Assembly (NCBI RefSeq): GCF_018350175.1
Contig: NC_058383.1
Coordinates: 12,402,001-12,466,000, forward strand
Length of the DNA: 64,000 nucleotides
Reading direction: 5' to 3'
DNA from: Felis catus
Taxonomy: Eukaryota
Shown: positions 24,663 to 35,549 of the stretch, piece after piece
How the letters are laid out: each line of letters opens with the position of its first letter
How positions within the stretch are numbered: the first letter of the stretch is position 1
The notes under the pieces: model-generated
Database searches by the model: none
The model's input: only the letters and a program-made list of their open reading frames with translations
Told to the model about the DNA's origin: nothing
Translations under genes and position numbers: made by a program

Positions 24663-25596
24663 GTTACAAAGTCTCTAAAAAACTGCAAAGTCCTCAAATT
24701 TCAGATCTGAACAACTTCAATGAATCAAAACTAGCATTGCATTGAACTCCCTCACTGATTTTTTCCATGAGTCACTTAACTCAAGGGAAAAACACTTAAA
24801 AGAGGAAATATCTCACACCCATACATGTGATCTGGTAGCTTTAAGTTAGCCCAAGTTTACACTCCATGAGTTGTGGCTGGAGGAATAAAGTTTTTGTCTC
24901 TCGTCCCTCTTGTTTTGTCTTTCAACCTTCTTGTTTTGTTTATATTTTGTATCCATTCCACTCGGCCCCTCCCCCTTGAACCCTGTCTTCTATACTCAGC
25001 TTCAAGACTCTCCTTTGCACTAATCGACTGCTCATAGAAGTTTGAACTGCAGCAGATTGGCTGGAATCCACTCCTCTGGAACTTTCCCAAAGCACTGTCT
25101 CTTTAGCCATTCGCAACATCTGAAATCTTGACAGGTCCCATTCTTCTGTCTGTTGTGTCTCTAGGCCCTGAGCCTCCAGCCTGGCTTGTTTAACTCACAT
25201 GACAGCCAAGCCCAACCCAACTCAAGGTGGGGGCTGGGGGGGCGGGTAGGATTGGGGAAATGTCCAACTTCTTCCCAAACTGTCCTATTCAGTCTACAAA
25301 TGGTTGTTGACCAAGAAGTTAAATAGCAAAATCCAAGGGAGGGGTATTTCAACCTTATCTGCCATGGAAGCACGGTGGGTGCAACGCAGCACAGGAGAGG
25401 GGTAACCACAGGCATCCAGATGGGTGCAGGGAAAAGGCACCTCACCCACGCTTGGGGAGACAGGGTGCAGAAGGTCCAGGATGGCTTTCCAGAGGAAGAG
25501 ACATCAATTCTGAATCATAAAAGAAAAATAAATATCTCGTCTCTTGCTCCATTTTCCATTTTTTGAAAGCTTCCACCCAATGTGGCCTTTCCCTTC

Positions 25597-25678
25597 TGTG
25601 ATGAACAATTCTTTTTTGTTTTTTTTAAGTTTTATTTATTTATTTTGAGAAAGAGGAAGAGAGAGAGCATGAGCAGGG

Positions 25679-25716
<38 letters not shown>

Positions 25717-26335
25717 CCCAAGCAGGCTCCACACTGGCAGCACAGAGCTTGATGACGGGCTCAAGCTCATGGCCCGTGAGATCGTGACCTGAGCCGCCAT
25801 CAAGAGTCAGACGCTCCACCCGCTGAGCCCCCCGGGCGCCCCTGTGATGAACAATTCTATGTGTTGATGTGGTTAGGCTTCTGGTGCCCAGCTGCTGGGT
25901 CCGACACCAGTTTAGATGATGCCGTGGAGGCATTTTTTGATGTGATCGACATATAAACCAGGAGACTTTGAGTAAAGCAGATTACCCTCCATGATGTGGG
26001 TGGGCCTCACCCAACCAGCTGAAGGCTTTAACGGCAAAGAGTGAGTTCCCCCAAAGTAGAAGGGATTCTGTTTCAAGACAGCAACAGAGAAATTCTGCTT
26101 ACGTTTCTGGCCTGCTGGCCTGCCCTACAGATTTTGGATCTGGGAGACCCTACAATAGCATGAGCTAATGTACAGAGAGAGAGAGAGAGAGAGAGAGAAG
26201 AGAAGAGAAGGGAAGGGAAGAGAAGAGATGAAAGATAGATAGATAGATAGATAGATGATAGATAGAGATAATAGATCAGTCAACTGATTGCCTCTGAGTT
26301 TGGCTCTCCTCTAGGATTACAAAATTCTGACACAG
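25597..26335 (+). mobile_element. MLT2 (ERVL) LTR with SINE insertion and (GA)n/(GATA)n microsatellite
   Basis: tgtgatg...gactttgagtaaagcagattaccctccatgatgtgggtgggcctca...tgccctacagattttgga. Confidence 0.8.
25613..25841 (-). mobile_element. Can-SINE
   Basis: Perfect 17-bp TSD ctgtgatgaacaattct (25596-25612 / 25842-25858). Confidence 0.97.
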
Positions 26336-27413
26336 ATATTTCAAGACCAGGAGCAGCAACGCTCCATGAAGCAAGGGCAAAGAGAAAGTGAAGAACCCAC
26401 CATGTCAGGCTTTCTGTGGAGTGCCTGTTCAACCACCAAGGGACTCACTTCTGAGGCAGCTTCAACAAGTCTCTCCGGAAAGAACAAGAAACGCCCTGAG
26501 GCAGGTCCCCGGGGGCCCCAGAGATATACCACTAAATGCCACGATCCCCCGGGGAAGGTGCTCTGAGGCTGATCCCTTGGGATCTTCATTCTCCTGTTCA
26601 ATGGACTGACTGAGCCACAGGAACTTGGAAGTCACGTGAGCAAGAACACTCGGGAACCTGGGCAACCGTGGTGTAAGGGGGAAGAGAAGCCACCCAGGCC
26701 ACCCACGGAGCAAGAAAAAAAATCCCTCCACCCAGGACGGAATACGAAAGGCTCGGTTCTGGAAGCCTCTGGGTTGGTCCTCGGTGATGCTCATTCAATA
26801 CCCTCATCTTACTCCCAAAACTGGATGTTTGCCTGATCAGGACCTGTCTGTGCCATTGGACGTTTCTGGTTTCAGGAGCTTGATTCTCCAAAAGAGGCCA
26901 CGACAAATGGCTCCAGAATCTCAGTAGGGTCCCCCCAGGCCACTCGGGAGTTGACTCAAACTTCCAAGAACTGTTGTATGAAGTCAAGAACTGCTCCCAA
27001 GAGGGGCTCACGAGATGGAGAAATCGGGGTGGGCTCCAAAGTCAAGAAGGTCTAAGACATGCTTCGAAAAAGGGCCCCACGTCGGGCTGTTGAGGAACAC
27101 GATGAAGGACAGACACATCTTAGGGGGACAGTGGCAGCATGCAGGGGAAGGACAGGACCGAGAGGAGACCCACTTGTTGGATGACAGAAGCCGAGGTAGG
27201 AAGACGTCGGAGGCAAAAGCTGTCTCAGCTTTTAACTTTCCCATGAACCTCACGTTCCTCCGGACCTCCTTCTCTGAGCCTCTCCGCGTACCTGATTCTG
27301 ATCACTCTCAGGGTGACCTTGCTGAACACTGCCCGGCTGCAGCCTCACGGTGGGGCATGGTGACATTGTCCCAACTCTAACCCTGAGAGCTCTTAATAAG
27401 AAAACCTGGTTCT

Positions 27414-27620
27414 TGGGGCGTCCGGGTGGCTCAGTCAGTTCAGCGTCCAACTTCAGCTCAGGTCACGAACCCGTGGTTCTTGACTTCAAGTCCCCACGCT
27501 GGCCTCCCTGCTGCCAGCCCAGACCCTGCTTCAGATCCCTGCTTCCCCCATCTCTCCCTGCCCCTCCCCTGCTTGCTCTCTCTCTCTCTCTCTCTCTAAA
27601 ATAAACATTAAAAAAAAATT
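27414..27620 (+). mobile_element. Can-SINE (diverged)
   Basis: ggggcgtccgggtggctcag head, (CT)n, tail. Confidence 0.9.
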
Positions 27621-27779
27621 CTCACCCCCAGCTCTGGGCTGACTTCTCCTCTGGACATTTTCTCCTGAGTTACCAGCCGTCCACAGCTGTCACAGCAGCT
27701 CACATTCTAAAGGCTCATTATTTGCGGTTTTAATAGAGATGCAAATCCGGATTATGAAAAGCACTTCAAAGGGGAACCA

Positions 27780-29300
27780 TCCACACGTGTGTGCGCTCGC
27801 GCCCGGGCGCGCAGAGTTTGTGAAGTGCCCGTTTGTAAAATAAAGCCACACCCGCTGAGCTGCGGCTGGTACCGTCCCCAGAAAGCGGTGCCACTCCTCT
27901 GGGACGGCGTGCCCGGGTCAGTGAATCAAGCCGCTCGCAGCCCGTCGAGGACGCGTGGCCCTCGCAGGACGAATGAAATGGTCGTTTCCGCCCGTGGCTA
28001 ATTTCCCCTGTCGGGGGAGCAGCTCTTAACGGGGGAGCTCTGTTAACACGGGAAGGACCTCGCCCGGGACCGGCTTCTCCACCTTCAGGTCCACTTGATC
28101 TTAGCCAAAAGGCCGAGAAGCGATCACCTTCAGGTTCAAGTGTGCCCGGGCTGGCTGGCGTGGGCTGGAGTATCCGATTCACCCACCCGAGCCGGCCACA
28201 GCACGGGTCGTGCGCCTACTGTGCCTGGGACGCGAAGAGGAAACCTCCCCCCCCCCCCCCCCCCCCTGGCGCGCAGATTGGAAATCACACGGGCTGTCCC
28301 CGGACCTACCAGCCAGATCCCGGCAAGTGGGGTTTAAAGCTTGGAGAAGACGCTGGATCCAAGAGCAGCCCGCCCCCCCCCCTCCCCGGGGATTGGTTTG
28401 TGCTTCGCGGGAGCCAAGAGCAAGGGCGTGGGGGCCCAGCGGGGAGTGGCTGTCTGAGCCTCCGCGGCCCCAAGTCCCCAAAGCCAAGAAAACCCGCGCT
28501 GCCTCGGCATCGAGGCCCGGATCTGGCGCAGAGTGCGGTCCAAGGAAAGGGTGAAATTCTTCAAGCAAACAAACTCCCCGCATTCCTTTCTCCTTCCTAA
28601 ACCACTCCCCCGGCCTTCCGGGGTTCTCCCGGGGAGAACACTGTGAATGTTCCAAAAACAATTCCCGCGGGCCCGATCTGTTCTCCCGCCTCCTGTTCTC
28701 TCTCTGGCTCCCACCAGCACCCCCCCTCCCCCCCACCCCCGGAATCCCACTGTCCAGCCGACCATGCCAGTGCGTTTCTAGCTGCCCTGTCTCTCCCTCC
28801 CCTGCACTTGACCTCTGAGTTGCTGCCCCTGAGCCGCGGACCACCTTCTCCTTTCTAATGCGGCCCCTTCCCGCAGCCTGCCTCTGTTTCCCCCTTCCTG
28901 GCTCTCAGACTGCTTGTTCCAGGCCCCCCTGGGGGGGGCCTCCTCATTTTCACCCCAGGTTCTCTGTGCGGGGTCCTCTCCTGCCTTTGCTTCCTGCCCA
29001 GGCAGGGGTAAGTAAGCGGGTCCGACTTGGGCGGCGCATTCACAACTGCGGTTCCCACACCCTGCGGCACCCACCTCATTCCCAGTTTCTGGGTTTGATG
29101 TTCCAGTTGCCCCGTGGGCACCGGCTGGCTGTCTGGTCTTTCTCTCCTTCGAACTAACGTGAATGGTGGAGGTGGCCAATGTGCAGCCCGGGGGCGTCCA
29201 CGCTGGGTTGAGTTCCCTCCTCCTGAAACTGTTCCTCCCCTGAATCCTCACCGCCTGTCCTCGAATATCCTAAGAAAGGCCGTCCCTGCTCGAAGGGGAA
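27780..29300. promoter_or_regulatory. CpG island (possible promoter or enhancer; no linked gene recognised)
   Basis: Largely repeat-free, GC-rich, dense CpG, long C runs; judged by eye. Confidence 0.7.
28092..28124 (-). pseudogene. RNU2: 3'-truncated (tailless) U2 snRNA retropseudogene, U2 nt 1-33
   Basis: Reverse complement ATCGCTTCTCGGCCTTTTGGCTAAGATCAAGTG equals the U2 5' end; flanked by direct repeat caccttcaggt (28080-28090 / 28125-28135). Confidence 0.95.
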
Positions 29301-29564
29301 ACGACACTTCCCACGCCCCTTCTGCCGCCTCGCTGACCAAATTTGGTGATTGTTTTACCTATTCGCTGTCCGTCTCCATTGCTCCGTGGCTAGAACGTGA
29401 ACTTCGTGAGGGCAGGTGCCTCGTCCCACACCTCCCCCCACGTGACATTCGGCACAGACCTCTTCTTGGAGCTCCAAATCCACGTGCCCGATGGTCCACT
29501 TGGCACCCTCTCTGGAGGTCTCACAGATTAAGTCCAACATAGCACGTCGAGACCCCTCGTCTGT

Positions 29565-29790
29565 ATTTTTTTCTTTTTCCTTTTTTTTTTTAAATGTTTA
29601 CTTACCTCCGAGAGAGAGGGAGAGCGCAAGCAGGAGAGGGGCAGAGAGAGAGGGAGGCGGGGAATCCCAAGCGGGCTCTGTACCGTCCGCCGTGGAGCTG
29701 GACGCGGGGCTCGATCCCATGAACCGTGAGGAGCACGACCTGTGCTGAGATCAACGGTGGGACGCTTAAATGACTGAGCCCCGCGGGCGC
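29565..29790 (-). mobile_element. Can-SINE (CpG-rich, diverged)
   Basis: T-tail, (GA)n and antisense body. Confidence 0.92.
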
Positions 29791-29979
29791 TTTTTTTTTT
29801 TTTTTCCTGTTCCTTCTTTATCTTCATCACAGTGAATAAATGGTGCCGGTCACTAGGTCTAGGATCCTCCCTCTTTCCCACCGCACCTGCTCACATCCGC
29901 TTCGCCATGAAGCCCCGCGAGCACCACCTCCAGGATCTACCCCCAAACCTTCTCTCCGGCTTCACTCTCCACTCTCACC

Positions 29980-30540
29980 CTTATTAGCCGCCGTCAGCTC
30001 TAAAAGGAAATGGCCGTCCAGTCACCATCCCTGAACGCACTCACCCTCCCCGGAGGACACAGAATGTTCTTTTTCTCTTAGATTTTAACCCTGGTGATGT
30101 CATGCCCACGCTTCCAGGCTTTTATTTGCGAGCTGCTCACATGACCTCCTACACATTTCAGCATGCACGTCCCTTCTTGTCCTTCTTAGTCTCATCCTTC
30201 ACCAACCATTCCCCCGCCACACTGGTTGTCTTCTCCTTCCCGGGACACCCAGAGGCCTTTGCAGATGCTAGTCCCTCCGCCTGGAAGGTGCTGCCCCCTC
30301 GTCTGCAAGGGGCTAGCTCCCTCTGTCCTGGAGGCCCCGATGTAAATGTCACCTTCTTGGTTCACTAAGTTGGTTCTTCCCCCACTGCCCTTCTTCTGTG
30401 TCCTTCCCTGCGGTCTCATACGGTTCTCTCCTCCACCAAACAGTAAGGTCCCCAATCAGTTCCCAAGACCGTTTTATCTACGAGGTACACCCAGATCCTG
30501 GCATAACTTGCAGGATGTGTTAAATATTTACTGAACCATG
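29980..30540 (+). mobile_element. L2 3' remnant
   Basis: cattcccccgccacactgg...ggcctttgcagatgctagtccctccgcctggaaggtgct...taaatgtcacctt...taaatatttactgaac. Confidence 0.65.
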
Positions 30541-30556
30541 AGAAAAAAGAAAGTCT

Positions 30557-30754
30557 GGAAGGGAAGGGAGGAAGGAAGGAAGGAAGGAAGGAAGGAGGGA
30601 AGGAAGGAGGGAGGGAAGGAAGGAAGGAAGGAGGGAAGGAAGGAAGGAGGGAAGGAAGGAAGGAGGGAAGGAAGGAAGGAAGGAAAGAAGGGAGGGAGGG
30701 AGGGAAGGAAGGAAGGAAGGAAGGAGGGAGGGAAGGAATGAAGGAAGGAAGGAA
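30557..30754. repeat. (GGAA/GGAG)n polypurine microsatellite
   Basis: About 200 bp of purines with a single T. Confidence 0.99.
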
Positions 30755-30769
30755 TTTCACAAGTACTTT

Positions 30770-31250
30770 TAGACCACATACAAACTTTGTCTTTCCCCAG
30801 CATTATACAACCCACCAGGCATCCCAAATCCCCCGTCGCAACGGACAGGGTCACCATTCTCTTGTGTTGTCCAAGTAAACACCTCGAAATCATTTTCATT
30901 CCTTCTCTCACCTCCCCTACCTGGTAGACCACCAGAAGTTATCATCTCTACCTCCAAAACATATCTCAAGTTCCTCCCTCGCCCGCCATCCCCCCCCCTC
31001 CCCCCGCTCGGTCACTTGGATACAGCCTTCGTGATGTCTCATCTAGACCATTACACGAGCTTCCCGGCTGGTCCCTACTTCAGACCGGCTCTCCTGCCAA
31101 CCAGCAAGTTCTAAAATAGAGGCGTGATGTCTGCCATGCCACTTCTCTCAATAACTTCCAACGGCTCTCCGCTGACCACCGAATTCTTTGCCATGGCGTT
31201 CAGAACTCTTGAGATTCTCGCTCTGTTCCATATCTCCTGTCTGATCTCCA
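30770..31250 (+). mobile_element. L2 remnant
   Basis: tctacctccaaaacatatctc...tctcatctagaccattac...tctgccatgccacttctctcaataacttccaacggctc. Confidence 0.55.
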
Positions 31251-31464
31251 AGGGGTACCAGAGATTATCTTGGCCCCCGCTGTCACTGACACCCCATCAC
31301 CCTCAATTTTAGGCACGCCACCAGCCCTCACGTTACCATGTACTCACTCTAGAATCACATTTCCTACCTCCAAGGCCCCGACTCATAGCCAGGTTTGGTC
31401 ATCTCCCCATAAGTGAAGCCAAAGCTAAGCATGTTTGTGTAAACTTTAAATCAATGACCGGCCT

Positions 31465-31679
31465 TCTTTTTCTTTTCTTTTTTTTTTTTTACAATTAAAA
31501 AACGTGTGTTTATTTTGCTCGAGCACAAGCAGGGGGAGGGGCAGAGAAAGAATCCCAAGCAGGCCCCTCTCCGTCAGCGCAGAGCCCGACGCGGGGCTCG
31601 ATCCCACGACCCATGAGATCGTGACCTGAGCTGAAATCCAGAGTCAGACACTTAACCTACTGAGCCACCCAGGCGCCCC
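31465..31679 (-). mobile_element. Can-SINE
   Basis: Antisense body ending ccacccaggcgcccc. Confidence 0.93.
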
Positions 31680-33391
31680 TCAACTATTGGATTTTGTGTG
31701 TGTGTGTTTTATAGCACCTGAGCAGCTGGACCAGCTCTACATCGAGCGGTTACAAGGCACCCGCCTTTCTCTGTCGAGAAAGGCTCACACACCGTATAGA
31801 GCAGGTTCTACCATCGTCCCTACGAAGAAAGTAAGAAACCAAACTTCAATCAACGGAATTACTTTTTCCAGGTCACCCAGTTAGCAAACACGAGAGGTGG
31901 GAACCTAACCCGGGCAAGTCGGACCCCCGAGCCTGCTTTTATTTAAAGCACTATTTGGTACAGCTTCAAAAGGCGGACGTCCCGTCTGATTTTTCTCCAA
32001 TGTTCGGCATCCAGGCTACGGTAGACAATCAATAAGTGTTTGTTGATTGAAGGAGAGAGAGTGGAAAATCATCAGGCTTCCCGAGGCTCACAAGGGAAAC
32101 CGGGAGACTCCTTTGCAATTTGGCTGAAGTAACTATTCAGTCAACATTGAATCAAATGTGAATTGAATTGAGTTACCCCAAGTAATAGAGCTAGAGATGT
32201 CTCCCGAAGTGAAGACAGAAAACTCCCTTCTATATGACTTTGCAACTTATCACTGTCAGAAAGGCTGCGCGGGGAGAGCTGGGGCTGAGCTGGCATCCGC
32301 AGAAGAGTCTGGAAAAGAATCAATTGAATTCAAACCGCCATACATCATGGACGTTGAGAGCCGGAAAGGGCCTGGGAGATCATTTGCTTCTCTTCCTTCA
32401 TTTTGCAGAAGAGGAAAATAAGGCCCAGCAGGGGACGTACCATCCCCTAAGTCACCCAGATTTGTGGAGCGTTAGTAGTAAGGACACGCTGGAACCAGTC
32501 CCTTTCTCCTCTCTAGATTAGCCCATTGCTTTGCCAGAACACAGCCTTCAGGGGCCAAAATGCCTACCTACGTTATTCTCTTTTTTCCTAAGTAATTTTT
32601 AGATCCATATCCAAATCTTTTATTGCCGTGTGTGCCCACTTAGAATAAATAATGGCGACATGCTTTTCTTTAAAGGATTATCTGCTTGAATGTTTCACTT
32701 GAATTTGGGAAGGGGGGTGGCTAAGGTAATTGATAGCATCAGCCAACAAATAAGAGCCATCTGTCTATAGAACTTTCACTTGCAGATGTAGAATGTGACT
32801 TTTCTAGCCATCGGCCCAGCAGACCGTAAGAACCCTAAACCTTTCACTGTGGAGATAAGGGGAGATCAAGTCCAACCCAGGATAGAAGGGGCGGTGTGCA
32901 GATGTCAGGCGAATGGCGATATAACACCCTATCGGCTAGGGGGCTATCGAATGCAATTCACACAAAACGTGGCTCAGACAAAGAGAATGTACGTCACCTC
33001 ATGCAACTGACAAGCCCACAGAGAGGGCCGGCTTCAGGTGGGGTTTGCTCTAGCAGCACAAATGGTGAGCCCACGACCCAGTTTCTCCTGCCTCGCAACT
33101 GAGTTTACAAGGTGCCCAAAGCATAGGTGACTGTCCTCAAGTTGCTCACTGCCAATGAGGGAGACAGATCTATTATGATCATCTTCTAGAAACAGCAATC
33201 TGTGCATGCTGAGTCGACTTCCTCACCACCTGTTCACCCCTCGGCCCATTATGACAGATATTCACTGAATCCTTGAGAGGATAGAAAGAGGTACTTCCCC
33301 AGACTGGGCGCAGCACTCAGCTTTCCTACTCAGAGAGCTCAGGAGGTGTGTCTGACTCCTTGAAGAATCAGCTAAAGGTAATCTGGGAAGT

Positions 33392-33655
33392 AGGGGCACC
33401 TGGGTGGCTCAGTCGGTTGCACATCCGACTTCGGCTCAGGTCATGAGGTCACATTCACACTCGCAGGTCACAGGTCACACTCGCAGGCTGTGAGTTCGAG
33501 CCCTGTGTCAAGCTCTGTGCTGATGGCTCAGAGCCTGGAGCCTGCTTCCGATTCTGTGTCTCCCTCTCCCTCTGCCCCTCCCCCCACTCATGCTCTCTCT
33601 CTCTCTCTCTCTCTCTCTGTCAAAAATAAATAAACATTAAAAAAATTTTTTTAAG
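33392..33655 (+). mobile_element. Can-SINE with an internal duplication
   Basis: TSD gtaatctgggaagtag; extra repeated aggtcac / cacactcgcagg in the body. Confidence 0.95.
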
Positions 33656-35513
33656 TAATCTGGGAAGTAGAGTGGAGGAGGAATTAGTAAACACAAGGGC
33701 AAAGAGATTATACTTGTGGGTTGTAGAAGGGGATTACTGAAAAGTCCTGATAGAGAACAATCCAGAAGTAAGGAAGGCAGAAGTAGGTAGTCCCTGGTAA
33801 TAGAAGGCCATTCATATAGGGTGGAGAGACACTAAGCAGATGAGGGCCACTCTTTAAGGAATTAAAACCAATGTGGATTGGGGGGTTTCCAGCATCCAGG
33901 ACCTGATTGTGGAAGGAGGTACACAGCACAGAGTTTCTGGAATGAGAAAAGAAGCTAGAAATGGTCTCTCTGAATGAAGCCACATTTCAGAGATAGGCCC
34001 AGGAGGGGGGCCCACGAAGAAGATAAAGAACAAATACAGGCAGGAGTTAGGTATCACAGAAGAAAAAAACCAGTGTTAACCACGATCCCTTCCCTGAACT
34101 GATGCTCAAATTTTCATTTTCCAGAAAGTACCTTTTTGTGGAGAAAGGCTCCACATATCTCATCAGAAACACAAAGATGCCTGTGACTCAAAAGTCGCTA
34201 AGAATCACTGGTCAAGAACATAAGTACAAAGGAAGGCATGACAAACAGTTTTAAAAACCCCCGACAGCCAGTTGTATGGAAGACAGAAAACAGAAAGGTC
34301 ACGTCACTGGGGGCCCTGAGAAAAGCCGTGTCAACGGTAGGGGAAAGGAGAGATTGAGATCTTACCACAATGGGCTGGAAAGCGAATAGGAATAATGAAA
34401 TAGAGGCAGCATGCCCAAAATACTGTTTCTGGAAGCCTGGCCATTAGAAAGAGGCGAGAGATTGGGATGGGAGCTAGCAATGAATACTGAAGTCTAGAGG
34501 GTCATTTTTAGAATGTGGGGGAGTCCGTCATGTTTGTGGCTTGAGGGAAGAAATCCTGGAAGTAAGTACTAGAAGAATAAATCAGGCATTTTTGCAGGCC
34601 CAGAGTTCTGACGGAATCTTTCGAGCCTGAAACGTGCAGGTTTCTGGTCCCAGCATTTGGTGGAAAGCATTCCATTAGCCCCACTCATCAACACCAACTT
34701 CATGCTTGGTCCAAGAGAGGACAAGGGGGCATCCTTCCCACAAATTAACTTTTTTTCCTTTGTCCCCTCCAAATCTCTTGCCAAGGAAAGGCCCACCTGA
34801 GAAGGCTGTTTGCAGTTTCCTAACATTCCCTTCTCTTTTACCAAAGAGACGTGCTATAGAACAACAAAGGCAAAGTGTTATGCTCCACGAGAGAGAGGAA
34901 CAAGTTCTTAAGATACACAGACAAAATGTTGGTCTACACTGAAAAAAAAATCCCAAATTTTTTTCTTCTTGATACCCCCAAATAAGGCATTCGGCGAATA
35001 CGAAATGTGTACGTTTGTATTCGTCAGCTATTGTTGAGAGAAGGCTGCATAACAAACCACCCCAAACCCAGTACCTTAAAACAATAATCATCCATGTTCA
35101 CATTTAGTGTTCTGTGGGCTATGAATTTGCTGATTTAGGCCAGTCTCAATCAAATGGCTCTGTCTTAGGCTACAGGTTGGGTTAATATCTACTCCACGTG
35201 TGTTGTTTCTGGGATCCAGGCTGAAAGGGAAGCACCTACCTGGGGAAAATCCTTCCAACGCAGGTCACCAGAGCACGGGAAGTGAGCAGAAATGCACAAG
35301 GCCCTCTCTCTAGTGGGAGCTGCTGCCAAGGCAAATGGAAAAGGCCATAAATACATAAATCTAATATAAGGAGGGTGTCTAACTGTGAACAATGGATTCA
35401 ATCTATCACAGGGTAAACCAGGTATCGAGAGAATAGTCAGGATTTTCGTGCATGTTAAAGATGATCTCTTGCCTTTTTCAACCCCCAGCACTCCATAGAG
35501 TCAACCTCGATGA

Positions 35514-35549
<36 letters not shown>

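Noticed and set aside
27930..28124. A functional U2 snRNA gene
   Set aside because: Homology stops at nt 33; no Sm site or 3' stem-loops, no recognisable PSE upstream, and a TSD is present. The nearby octamer lies downstream, the wrong side for a DSE
27766..29542. Overlapping 100-220 aa ORFs in the CpG island
   Set aside because: GC-rich DNA is stop-poor; translations are low-complexity Pro/Gly/Arg with no recognisable domain
30416..30932. PSFL- and EGRK-repeat ORFs
   Set aside because: Translations of the GGAA microsatellite
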